DNA of 64,000 nt from the human T2T-CHM13v2.0 reference genome, Homo sapiens. The notes under the pieces were generated by a model that saw only the letters and a program-made list of their open reading frames with translations, did no database searches and was not told the origin of the DNA. Position numbers and translations under genes: made by a program. The stretch is from NCBI RefSeq assembly GCF_009914755.1, contig NC_060930.1. The stretch is one strand, 5' to 3'. Shown piece after piece: positions 52,635-64,000 of the stretch. Position 1 is the first letter of the stretch. Each line of letters opens with the position of its first letter.

Positions 52635-52915
52635 TTAGTTGGTTCCAAGTCTTTGCTATTGTGAATAGTGCCGCAATAAAAATACGTGTGCATGTGTCTT
52701 TATAGCAGCATGATTTATAGTCCTTTGGGTATATACCCAGTAATGGAATGGGTAGGTCAAATGGTATTTCTAGTTCTAGATCCCTGAGGAATCGCCACAC
52801 TGACTTCCACAATGGTTGAACTAGTTTACAGTCCCACCAACAGTGTAAAAGTGTTCCTATTTCTCCACATCCTCTCCAACACCTGTTGTTTCCTGACTCT
52901 TTAATGATTGCCATT
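52635..52915 (-). mobile_element. Young L1PA internal ORF2 fragment lacking 3' UTR, poly(A) and TSD
   Basis: [56 protein letters not shown]...TIAKTWNQ is close to the young L1 ORF2 C-terminus, and both ends stop abruptly. Confidence 0.92.
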
Positions 52916-52917
52916 AC

Positions 52918-53045
52918 TAAACTTTATCATGGGCATGTATATATAGGAAAATACATAGTATGTATGTTGAGTTAGGTACTATCTGTGATTTCAGGCACCC
53001 ACTGCATGGCCTGGAACATGTCCTCTGTGGATAAAGAGGGACTGT
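52918..53045 (+). mobile_element. Tigger4 (TcMar DNA transposon) terminal fragment
   Basis: taaactttatcatgggcatgtatatataggaaaa...ggtactatctgtgatttcaggcacccactg...ggaacatgtcctctgtggataaagagggactg. Confidence 0.75.
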
Positions 53046-54254
53046 TATACATGCATGTGTATGGTATGCTACTCTGAATAATGTAGAGGGCAGATTATTT
53101 ACCAAAATTTTGCCTGTTATTTAACTACTCTGCACAATGTTTTCTATATCACCTCTGCTTAATATGGCGAAGAGATACTTGATACTGTCTATACTATGTC
53201 TTTAAAAATTCATAAAATTCTGGGCAAAATTACTAGGCCTATCAGGACCTGATGTTGCTAGAGTCTGTAGAGCCCCTGAGAGTGTATTTTTAGAAGTGGG
53301 CTGAGCTGCATACTCCTCTGTTACACCAAAATTAGAAAGATTTCTAAAACCATACAGAATCTTTTGTGTTAAAGGTTAATTCCCTGTCACCTCACAATGC
53401 TAAGAGATAGAATCTGAGGCTTTTGTGCATAGCATAGCTGAGCACCAAGGCACTAGTCATGGGAAACAGGCAGGCTGAGGGTTGTGGAACCGTCTTATGA
53501 ATGACAGTCTCCTTCCTCTTCTCTTCTCTCCCAGGAAGGCCAGATCTGAAAAACAACAGGTGAAATTATTTTTTTTCATCCCCTCATGCTATGGAGGTGG
53601 AGTTGGACACTTTATGAAAGGACGTATCCCAAAGTTATACTTAGTATAGAAACTTGGTCTTTAAATAAGCCATAGTCTAATATAAAGGCTTTTAACAAAT
53701 CAGTGTTTTAGTTTATGACACTTACTTCCCAGAATACAGTTGCCTTTCAGTGGTGCCAGGCTATTAAAAGTCATATCTGCTAATCCAGAAATAACTCTTG
53801 TAATCTTTCTTCTAGGTGGTCAAATTCAAATCCCCTCCTGAGATGAAGGAGTTAAATCACAAAATACTACTACCACAACGGTGGTTCCATGTGGGGGTGG
53901 GGGGTTAAAAATAGATATGTTTATGCTGTTAATCCAGAATACTAAATTTGCTTATTCCAACTCTTTTAACAAATAAGGGGAAATACTTATGAGGGTTTAC
54001 AATTGACCTCCCTCCTCTCAAACATACACATAAAATTAAAGCCCAAAAATAGAAGGGACATCTTTCTAAGACTAACAAATAACATTATCAAGATATCTCC
54101 AAAGTAATTTGCTGTTCTAAAATACTTTGAATTATCTCCCTATATGTCTTTTAAAAGAGAAATAAAAAAGATAATTCTACCTAGAAGATTAAGATATGCA
54201 CCTGGATTATGAACTGCAAATTATTCTTAATCTTTCTTATTAAAACAGAGGAAA

Positions 54255-54257
<3 letters not shown>

Positions 54258-54286
<29 letters not shown>
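54258..54286. repeat. (CA)n microsatellite
   Basis: Read directly from the sequence. Confidence 0.9.
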
Positions 54287-54288
<2 letters not shown>

Positions 54289-54387
54289 ATGTGTTTTATA
54301 GTGGGTTATTACTATGGTGTTAAATGTACACGTAGGCTATTGACTATTTTTATGTTATATGTATTTCCATAGGGTTTAAAAAGGTAC

Positions 54388-55711
54388 TTTTAAAAAAATT
54401 ATACTTTAAGTTGGGGTACATGTGCAGAACATGCCTGTTTGTTACATAGGTATACAAGTGCCATGGCAGTTTGATGCACCCATCAACCCATCATCTACAT
54501 TAGGTATTTCTCCTAATGCTATCCCTCCCCTAACTCCCCACCCTCTGATAGGCCCCAGTGTGTGATGTTCCCCTCCCTGTGTCTATGTGTTCTCATTGTT
54601 CAACTCCCACTTATAAGTGAGAACATGCGGTGTTTGGATTTCTGTTCCTGTGTTAGTTTGCTGAGAATGATGATTTCCAGCTTCATTCATGTCCCTGCAA
54701 AGGATATGATTTCATCCTTTTTGATGGCTGCATTGTATTCCATGTGTGTATGTGCCACATTGTCTTTATCCAGTCTATCACTAATGGGCATTTGGGTTGG
54801 TTCCAAGTCTTTGCTACTGTGAACAGTGCTGCAATAAACATACCTGTGCATGTGTCTTTATAGTAGAATGATTATAATCCTTTGCATATATACCCAGTAA
54901 CGGGATTGCTGGGTCAAATGGTATTTCTGGTTCTAGATCCTTGAGGAATCGCCACACTGTCTTCTACAATGGTTGAACTAATTTACACTCCCACCAACAG
55001 TGTAAACGCATTCCTATTTCTCCACATCCTCTCCAGCATCTGTTGTTTCCTGACCTTTTAATGATCACCATTCTTACTGGCATGAGATGGTATCTTATTG
55101 TAGTTTTGATTTGCATTTCTCTAATGACCAGTGATGATGAGCTTTTTTTCATATGTCAGTTGGCTGCATGAATGTCTTCTTTTGAGAAGTGTCTTTTCAT
55201 ATCCTTTGCCCACTTTTTGATGGGGTTGTTTTTTTCTTGTAAATTTGTTTAAGTTCTTTGTAGATTCTGGATATTAGTGGATATTAGCCCTTTGTCAGAT
55301 GGATAGATTGCAAACATTTTCTCCCATTCTGTAGGTTGCCTGTTCACTTTGATGATAGTTTCTTTTGCTGTGCAGAAGCTCTTTAGTTTAATTAGATCCG
55401 ATTTGTCAATTTTGGCTTTTGTTGCCATTGCTTTTGGTGTTTTAGGCATGAAGTCTTTCCCCATGCCTAGGTCCTGAATGGTATTGCCTAGGTTTTTTTC
55501 TAGGGTTTTTATGGTTTTATGTCTTATGTTTAAGTTTTTAATCCATCTTAAGTTAATTTTTGTATAAGGTGTAAGGAAGGGGTCCAGTTTCGGTTTTATG
55601 CATATGGCTAGTCAATTTTCCCAACATCATTTATTAAATAGGGAATCCTTTCCCCATTGATTGTTTTTGTTGGGTTTGTCAAAGATCAGATGGTTGTTGA
55701 TGTGTGGCATT
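54388..55711 (-). mobile_element. 5'-truncated L1PA7/8-like, antisense
   Basis: 3' UTR ttatactttaagtt..ggtacatgtgcagaac; ORF2 fragments [21 protein letters not shown] and [18 protein letters not shown]. Confidence 0.93.
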
Positions 55712-56319
55712 AGATTTAAAATTTTATTTAAAATTAAACAAAACATATTCAATAAAATTAAAACAAATATAACATCCATAAAATTTTGCATCACAATTTG
55801 ATATTTTTAAAAACAGAGTATTTATAGAATACATTAAATTGTTTATCCAAGGACTCACAAACGATTTTCTTCTCTGTAGTATTAATCAATTTCTGACAGA
55901 AAATGTATTTTTGTCACGGTCTTCAGAATGAAAATCTTCTTTTAAATTATCTTGTATAAAACAGCCTTAATCCATGGCATGAGATCTCAAAATGTATTTT
56001 GTTTAAAAAGACTTGGGTGTATTATGCCCATCATTTGCTCAAGTCTATACATCGGCATAGAACACTAGGAGTCTTATCCTTAAAAATTTAAAAGGAGTCC
56101 TATCCTCAACTAGTAGTCTCATCCTTAAAACGTTTTTTTAAAAAGATGAATAAAGTAAAACAGAAGTAAAATGTTAAATTTTACTCCTATTGCTTGGACA
56201 AAGAATGACAGAAAGGAAGGTAAGTCGCTGTCATGTTTTGAGCCCTAAATTATGTTGGCTTGTTTAGGAGATCTGTTGCAAATGCCATCAAATTTGTCAC
56301 AGTATGTTCAGGTATACAT

Positions 56320-56445
56320 TTTAGAAATAAAACTGAGAATTAGAATGTTTGATTAACTTTCTCAGGTCACACCCCTAATGCTTGATGTCAGTGAATCAGT
56401 GAATGCAATCCAGTTTGGTCTCACTGAGAACCCATGCACAGTCCC
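56320..56445 (-). mobile_element. MIR fragment
   Basis: aaactgagaattagaatg...taactttctcaggtcacac core-like motif. Confidence 0.45.
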
Positions 56446-56988
56446 TCTGCTAAGGTTATAAATTGTGGAGAAAAAAGGTATAGAAAATTGAATAAAATAT
56501 TAATGCAAGAATTTGTCAAATGCTTACAGAATTAGGGAAAAACAATTCAGGAGAATTGAACGACATATTTATTTCTAAAATTTACTTTTCCAGTGATAAC
56601 TTCTATTGTTTTCTTCCATTTATCCAAGGCTCTTGGTACAGAAGGTTTTTGGTTTAATCTCCCTCCCTAGTAGTTTAGCCACAGGGCTGGAGGTGTTAAT
56701 GAGCAGTGAAATGGCCCAAAGGCAGACATCGGGGGCAGATGGAAAAGAGGCAAGGATAAAATGTAAGTCCATTATACATTCAAAATACAATAGTTTTCAA
56801 AATTATCTGTATCAAGAGAGAGAGAGAAAAAAATGACGTTATGATTTAATAGTCTTAAGTTTCATCAACTAAGTCAAGTTTTGTCAACTGAGGAGTTTAT
56901 TCACTCAAACAAGAATAAAGATGTATTCTGTTTTTTCAGGGCATTTAGAGTCAGAAGCAATCACTGCAAGGTAGACAATGTCTGCAGT

Positions 56989-57294
56989 CTCTTCCTCCCT
57001 TCCTCTCTTCTTTCCTTCTTTCTTCACTGACTTCCATTTTTCTTTCTCTGTCTTTTTCTCTCTCTCCCTCCCTCCCTTCTTCCTTTCCCTCCTCCCTCCT
57101 TCCTTTCCCTCCCTCCCTCCCTCTTTCTCTTTCCCTCCCTCCCTCCCTCCTTCCTTCCTTTCCTTCTTTCTTTTTCTCTCTCTCCCTCCCTCCCTTCTTC
57201 CTTTCCCTCCCTCCCTCCCTCTTTCTCTTTCCCTCCCTCCCTCCTTCCTTCCTTTCCTTCTTCTTTCTTTTCTGTCTTTCTTTTCTTTGCCTTT
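56989..57294. repeat. Polypyrimidine (CCCT/CCTT/CT) low-complexity tract with an internal ~100-bp duplication
   Basis: Read directly; tctttttctctctctccctccctcccttcttcctttccctcc occurs at ~57051 and ~57169. Confidence 0.9.
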
Positions 57295-58769
57295 GATTGA
57301 GAAACACTATCTTCTGTTTACAGATGTCTTAAACCATATCCTACATTCCACAATCCGAAGTGTTCTTGCTTCCTTCGTATCATGAACTTGGCACTTCCAC
57401 CCTTCGTAAATACTGCTCTCTCCAGCCTTGCCTAGCTAAATAGTAACAAGTAGTTTTAAGCAATGTGAATCTACGTCCTTGCTGTAATTGTACATATGAG
57501 TGTAATACACATGCACACACAGTTTTATTGCCATCTCAACTTCTCTTTGCAAAGATCAATATAGAAAAAACAGCTGTTCCACTGTGTGTATTTTTAAAAC
57601 CTGTTCTTGGCTTGTAACTTAAGCTAGTATAGTCAGTGCCTTGGGCCATTCGCGATGCTTTTCTCTCACAGTGTGCCCCAATCTATCCTTATGCTAGATT
57701 TATTAGTGTTCCTAGAGCGTATGCTAACCTACTAAATAACAATATGCTGCAATATGAATGTTATTTAATTGGAAAGAAAATATATAGTTGTCAAAGCAAA
57801 GATCTTTCATTTTTTCATTGAAAAATATTAGGTTAGACCAATTTACTTGATAATTTAAATGATCAATTTTGTTCTGTTAACATTAGTTTTTTAATATTCT
57901 TTTTCTACAAAGAGCACCACCAAAGTTGCAGTAACAAATCTATTATATTGTAATGACAAGTGATAGGAGACATTGCAGTTGATCATCATGTGAGAAGGTC
58001 TGTCATGTGAGAAATTACACTGATGCAACCACAGCCTGTACATATACTCCAATCAAGCTACTCCAGAGTTCACAAAATAGAAAGGCTCACAGTGCAATTA
58101 GGATGCATAAGTCACACAATTTATTGAATGAACTTAAAAGGTAAAGCAAAAATGCAGAGGGGCAGAGAAAAAATAAGTAGAACAGGGTGCACATGTGGCA
58201 GAAATGCCTTGCCACCTGGATCTTTGGTTAGCCACCATGTTCATATGTGCCTCCTCTGACACATCAGCTGTCTCTGCTAATGGTGAATTGAGGTGAAAAT
58301 AAAGGGTTTATCAGATGGAAGATGGCTGGAGCCAATATATACTATCTATATGAGTGACATACAGGTGTAAAAAAGTAACTGCTGACCAACTATGTGTACC
58401 ATGAGGTAGAGAGTACTTGGAGCTAGAACGGATATGGCCAGAATACGGATCACAAATGGATAAATATTTTCTTATGTGACTTGTGTTTTTGGTGTGTCAT
58501 TATCATCCGGTGCTCCATGCATGCTATGTAAGTGTATTATGAACATTTGTCACTTCTATGTCCTTTCATCCCTTTCTATTAATGTTCAGTACAAATATAT
58601 TCTAATCAAATTATGTGTGTCTAGCACGTCCCAAGCTTCCTACTTCTATAACTTAGTTTTATCTATTCTAGCATGTTTGCTTTTCTTATTTTTATAGTAG
58701 AAGAGAATATTCTTCAATAATATTAAAAATATACAATATAAAGTTTATTTAAATTTTAAAGATTAGTGT

Positions 58770-58908
58770 GAAGAGAAAAAAGAAAAGAAAAAGAGAGGGA
58801 GGAGGGAAGAAAGGAAGAAAGGGAAGGAGAGAGGGAGGGAAGGAAAGAAGGAATGGGAGAAGAAGGAAGGGAGGGAGGAAGGAAGGAAGGGAAAGAAAGC
58901 AAGCAAGC
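58770..58908. repeat. Polypurine (GGAA/GGGA) tract
   Basis: Read directly from the sequence. Confidence 0.9.
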
Positions 58909-58909
58909 C

Positions 58910-59520
58910 AGGTTTGAGTAGAAAGTGTTGGGAATGGGTAGAGTTTCCAAGTGTTACTTTTGAGATGCTATCGAGTTGCAAATGGAGATGTCCAGTAGAC
59001 CATTGAGTTAGACTTCAGAATTCAGGGGAGGAGATAGTGTTGATGACAGTAATGGGGGTGTAATGAGCATACAATGGTATTTAAAGTCTTGTGGCTGAAT
59101 GGCATCACCTGCAGAGTAAATGTAAGTAGAGAAGAGAAGAGGGCATGACTGAGCCTAAGGCACTACATACTTCAAATTGGAGAGTAACAAGGATCAGCAG
59201 AAAAAATTGAGAAATAGATCCAGTGAGGGAGAAGAAAAGCCAGATTAGTGTGGAACCCCAGAAATCAAATAGAGATAGTGTTTAAAAAAGTAGGAAGTAA
59301 GCAACTCTATTTAATGCAGCTGAAACAATGAGTAAGGTTAGGCATTAGATTGGAACAAGGATTTTGCATTGCAGAATGCACTGATATGTTTGACAGGAGC
59401 AGCATAAATGGGTTAATGGTGGTGAAATCCCTAGTGGAACACGATCAAGAGAGAGAATGGGATGAAAGAAAACAAAGACAGCTAAATAGATAATAAAATT
59501 TCTGAGCATTCTCTTTCTCA
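58910..59520 (-). mobile_element. L2 fragment, antisense
   Basis: tttgagatgctatc...aatggagatgtccagtag...gagcatacaatggtatttaaagtc...gactgagcctaagggcactac (reverse of the L2 RT region). Confidence 0.7.
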
Positions 59521-59603
59521 TTTGGATTCTGAGCAAATTGATAAGTAAAACAAGGATAGCTGACAGATAACCAAAGTAGTTTCTTTAGTGATTCTAAAAC
59601 TTT

Positions 59604-60217
59604 TGATGTACGAGTTAAGAAGAAATTATTTAGGCAGATAGTGAGGGTACCTACCGGAGTCCTCAATAAGGTTTTCCTTTTAATGAAAACCAGCCCCCAA
59701 ATCATTTTCTTTTCTAACAAAGAGCAGCCTGCAAAATCGAGCTGCAGCTGAATGTCAGCAGTTGTGCCAATAGGAAAAGGCTACCTCGGACTAGGCATGT
59801 TCAAAATGGCGGCTCCATTTTCCCTTCTCTTTGCCAGCCACGTGTATAGTAAGGAGCAGACAAGATGGCACCGGCCAAATTTAAAGCTCATTTGCATAAT
59901 AAAATTAGGGTGAGGTGGCCAGCCTTACCTGTGCGCTATGTAGACATCACGCCTGGTCCAATCTGTGGGTCCTATGTAAATAAGACACTGCCTCCTCAAG
60001 CCTGCCTATAAAATCCAGTGCAATCTCTTCGCGGCCTCATTTTCCTTTCAGAAGTCCTTCTCTCTCACAAGGGAGACAGCTCTTCTTTTTTTTTTTTTTT
60101 TTTGCCTGTTAAAACCTCCACTCCTAAACCCACTCCTCCTGTGTGTCTGTGTCCTTAATCTTCTTGGCACGAGATGATGAAGCCTGGGTATTTAGCCGAG
60201 ACAGCGATGCTGCTTCA
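59604..60217 (+). mobile_element. ERV1 solo LTR, MER50 family
   Basis: tgatgtacgagttaagaagaaattatttaggcagatagtgagggta...cctataaaatcc...gctgcttca. TSD cttt/ctat. Confidence 0.8.
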
Positions 60218-60475
60218 CTATAGTGATTATGTGGCTTTATATGTGTTGGTCAGATAAATTTTCTAAGTGAATCTCATAATCATACACAGACTTAGATACC
60301 CACTCCTATGTTGTTCTAAATGGTCTCCTGAAAGACTAGTGGAATGGAAGAATCCAGCAAACCACCCACCTCTCAAGTAAAGGAAAAGGGTAATGTATGT
60401 CCCAAATTAGATAAATCAGAACATTTTTCCACAGGTGGAATAAAAGAGACAGAGAGAATCTAGAAACTACACTAG

Positions 60476-61232
<757 letters not shown>

Positions 61233-61419
61233 CTAGCAAAGCTCCTTTCAGAGGAAGGAAACATCAGGAATAAGAAGCAATCAGTTTCCATTAACAATAT
61301 CCAACACTTTGGGGAGATTTTTTTATAAAAATGAGCAAAAGTGGCTTGGTGGCTGGAAGTAGAGATGAGCTGAAGGTAATATTTTTAAGATATGAAATAT
61401 GATAGCCAGTTTGTATGAT

Positions 61420-61600
61420 GTTTTATTTTTCATCTTAGTGCTTACAACTTCATATTTTGTAATAGATATATTAGTTTGTTAATTAGCTGTCTCCCCCATA
61501 AGAATTTTAGTTCCATGAGGGTAAGGATTTTGTTCTATCTTTTGTGTAAGCACAAAACCTATATCTGGCATATATTCAATAAATATTTATTGAATGTTTT
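61420..61600 (+). mobile_element. L2 3' end
   Basis: tgtctcccccatagaattttagttccatgagggtaagga...tcaataaatatttattgaatg. Confidence 0.7.
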
Positions 61601-61649
61601 AATGATTTAATGAGTTTACTATTATACATCAATAATTTATTTTGCAAGC

Positions 61650-61865
61650 ATAGCACAGTGTAACCTGCACCTGATATAAGCTCAGGAGACATGGACTTTA
61701 TTTACAGCTCTAACATTTATGTTGTCTTGGGCAAATATTCTAACCTGTCTGAGTTTTAGTCTTTTTGATTTTCAGAAAAAGAAGAGTAGAAATCATTTTT
61801 CAACCTCAGACGTGTATTTTCAAAAGCAATTTATATAATAAATGTGAAAACTCTTTGCAAAGATA
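61650..61865 (+). mobile_element. MIR
   Basis: cagctctaac...tcttgggcaaatattctaacctgtctgagttttagtc...ataataaatgtgaaaactctttgcaaa. Confidence 0.6.
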
Positions 61866-63264
61866 GTGCAATATTGTTCTGTCCCTCTGTATATATGCCT
61901 AAAACTTTTAATGTACCTTTAAATTCAAAGGTGTTATGTTGATGTTACTCATTTTTAATCAGTCTGGCTGTAAAGTTAATCATTATTTGTTAATAACTAG
62001 TTGGGGTATAGTGGAATTAAATTAGAAAACCTATTTATCAACAAAAAGACATAGACTTAGTCATGCCTTACATATTTTTCAAATTACCCAGTTTTAGAAT
62101 TAGTCATTCTTAATAATTTTTTTTTTGCGATTTCAAGATGTTATAAAGTAGAAGAGTTCGTACCTTCCCATCTCAAAATTTGAATAATAACTGTTGAATG
62201 AAAAAAAATCTGATGGTGATGTCTGAGGAGAGAAAAAGGATTCATCATCAAGGAATAGTGTGGTATTCTATGAAAAGCATGTCAAGACGGGGGTAATTAG
62301 AACTTCTAACTACTCAGGTTTTTGCCATTGGATTATACTTTTATTGTTATTACTGTTAGTAATCCACACTGAATACAGTGTAATTATAACACTATTGCTT
62401 TATAAAGTGAGAGTTAAACAGCCTAGACTCCTTACCTTACCTCTTACTAACTTTCTGCATTTCAATCTTGTCAAAAGACACCAGAAAGCAAACTTATCAA
62501 GCATTCTGTAACTTCCTATTTTTACCACTATCACTTTGTCATCACCTCTGACTACAAATTGGTTTGTATCAGAGAAGGTTTAGATAATGAGTCTAGATTA
62601 CAATAAACAGTCTGGTTCTTTGAATTATAACTGTTGATAAGGCAATCATAATCATTATTTTCTTACAAAAAGAAAACTATAAGATAGACATACAGAGGGC
62701 AAAGCAAATAAAACCATTTTCTTTATATTGCACATGCGTGTAGTAAATAAAAAATAATATGAAAAAATTCGTAGTGAAACAACACATTTATAAAATGTGA
62801 GAGGTTAACATGTTTTCTTGCTAAAATAGCTCAACAGCATATCTCTTAGAAGGAAATGTGTAGTGTCACCTCAAGAGATATTTTGGTCAAAGTAGCTAAT
62901 GAATCATGAATACAGGCAAAGAGAAAAATAAACTATGAGCTGATCTCCACCACTGTATTTTCTCAGAGGCTTTTCAAACATTCTTTATAACAGCACACAA
63001 TGAAACACTTCTCAAGAAGCATGAGACAATTTTCTGAGATATATAAAGATCCTTCCCTTAAAAAAGTGATGAAGTAGGGGGATTTGGCTTTTGGCTTTTG
63101 CCCTTTTACTATAGATTTTTTATGTCCTCCAGTCACTCCTTTTTAGTGTTCATCTTGAGGAAACATGAACCCAGGGCTTGTTGCCTCCAGTGATTGTGGT
63201 TTGTCATCTGATCTCTCATTGATGAGAGATGTGTCTGAGTGTGGTGACCAGTATCACACCCCAG

Positions 63265-63430
63265 CACTAAAAGGAAGCAAACTGTATGATTGACTAAGTA
63301 TCTTAATCTTCATGTGCCTTTCTGAATCTGTAAAAATTGGTTAATAAGAGAATTCTCAATTTATAAATACTTAATGGCATTAAATAAAATCATATTTACT
63401 AAGCATTTAGAGCAGTACCCACAAAATTTT
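63265..63430 (+). mobile_element. MIR
   Basis: ctaagtatcttaatcttcatgtgcct...atctgtaaaaattgg...taagcatttagagcagtacc. Confidence 0.55.
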
Positions 63431-64000
63431 GCTCTATGCAACACTATACATAAAAAATATTATTATGCTCATGGTGAGTCAGAAAGCTTTCAAGGCCCCT
63501 TTTAAAATTCAGATCTTACCTTTTAGATAATTGGCCTGGAATTATATTGCATCTGCTCCTTTAGATAGTATAATAAAGAGAAGCATATATCGATGGCAAG
63601 GATAAAAGTTTCTAAAATTAGCAAAATGAGTAAGAGAATAAAGTGTTGAATACTATAGTCTTTCATAAAAGTCAAAACTAGTGAGCATTATCATCCAATA
63701 AATCTTGCCTATACTGAGTTTGATCATAGCTTATGATAGTGAAGATTGTCTTTGAGATAAATTGCTTTTTGTTTTTGTCTATCAGGAAAAGCAAACAACT
63801 TAATTTTAGTTGTTATAGATGAGAGTCCTTGTAGTCAGGTCATAAATTCACTTTGTGAAAGAGATGAAAAGTCAAAGAATCCAGAGACACTGAAAGACAT
63901 GACCACGTTTTATTTGTAAGGGGCACAGATGCTCCATGGGGAGAAAAATAATCTACTGATAGGGTTCTCAATTCCACACTCCAGAGTGGACACATAAGTG

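Noticed and set aside
53508-53565. Acceptor plus cag|gtgaaa defining a 25-nt exon
   Set aside because: Weak donor, length not a multiple of three, no other support.
56212-56225. Perfect splice donor aag|gtaagt
   Set aside because: No convincing upstream acceptor; an isolated match is expected by chance in 64 kb.
56951-57385. R/E/G/K-rich and P/S/F/L-rich ORFs
   Set aside because: Translations of the low-complexity pyrimidine tract.

Overview
AT-rich, repeat-dominated primate (most likely human) genomic DNA. I recognise no cellular protein-coding gene, and nearly all listed ORFs come from repeats or low-complexity sequence. Main contents: (1) tandem old L1s (L1PA16-like plus L1PB-like) bounded by one 15-bp TSD inside an older L1M 5' region; (2) a near full-length, decayed HERV-L provirus (MLT2A1 LTRs, GGTTC TSD, tRNA-Leu PBS, gag-pro-RT-RNaseH-IN-dUTPase, no env), whose 5' LTR has been scrambled by a deletion, a templated insertion copied from 1.9 kb upstream and a ~210-bp inverted duplication; (3) a full-length THE1D MaLR element carrying two nested ERV1 solo LTRs; (4) many solo LTRs (MER57, two LTR27/28-like, CpG-rich LTR12, THE1D, MER50, HERV-W LTR17, MLT1s, LTR33, LTR78); (5) Alus, L2, MIR, Tigger4 and microsatellites. 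I see no convincing new biological system. The most notable signals are rearrangement and retrotransposition scars, plus a speculative MLT2A1-driven spliced transcript with a 54-nt micro-exon candidate that reads like an EF-hand loop. Subfamily names come from recalled consensus sequences and need RepeatMasker/Dfam confirmation.
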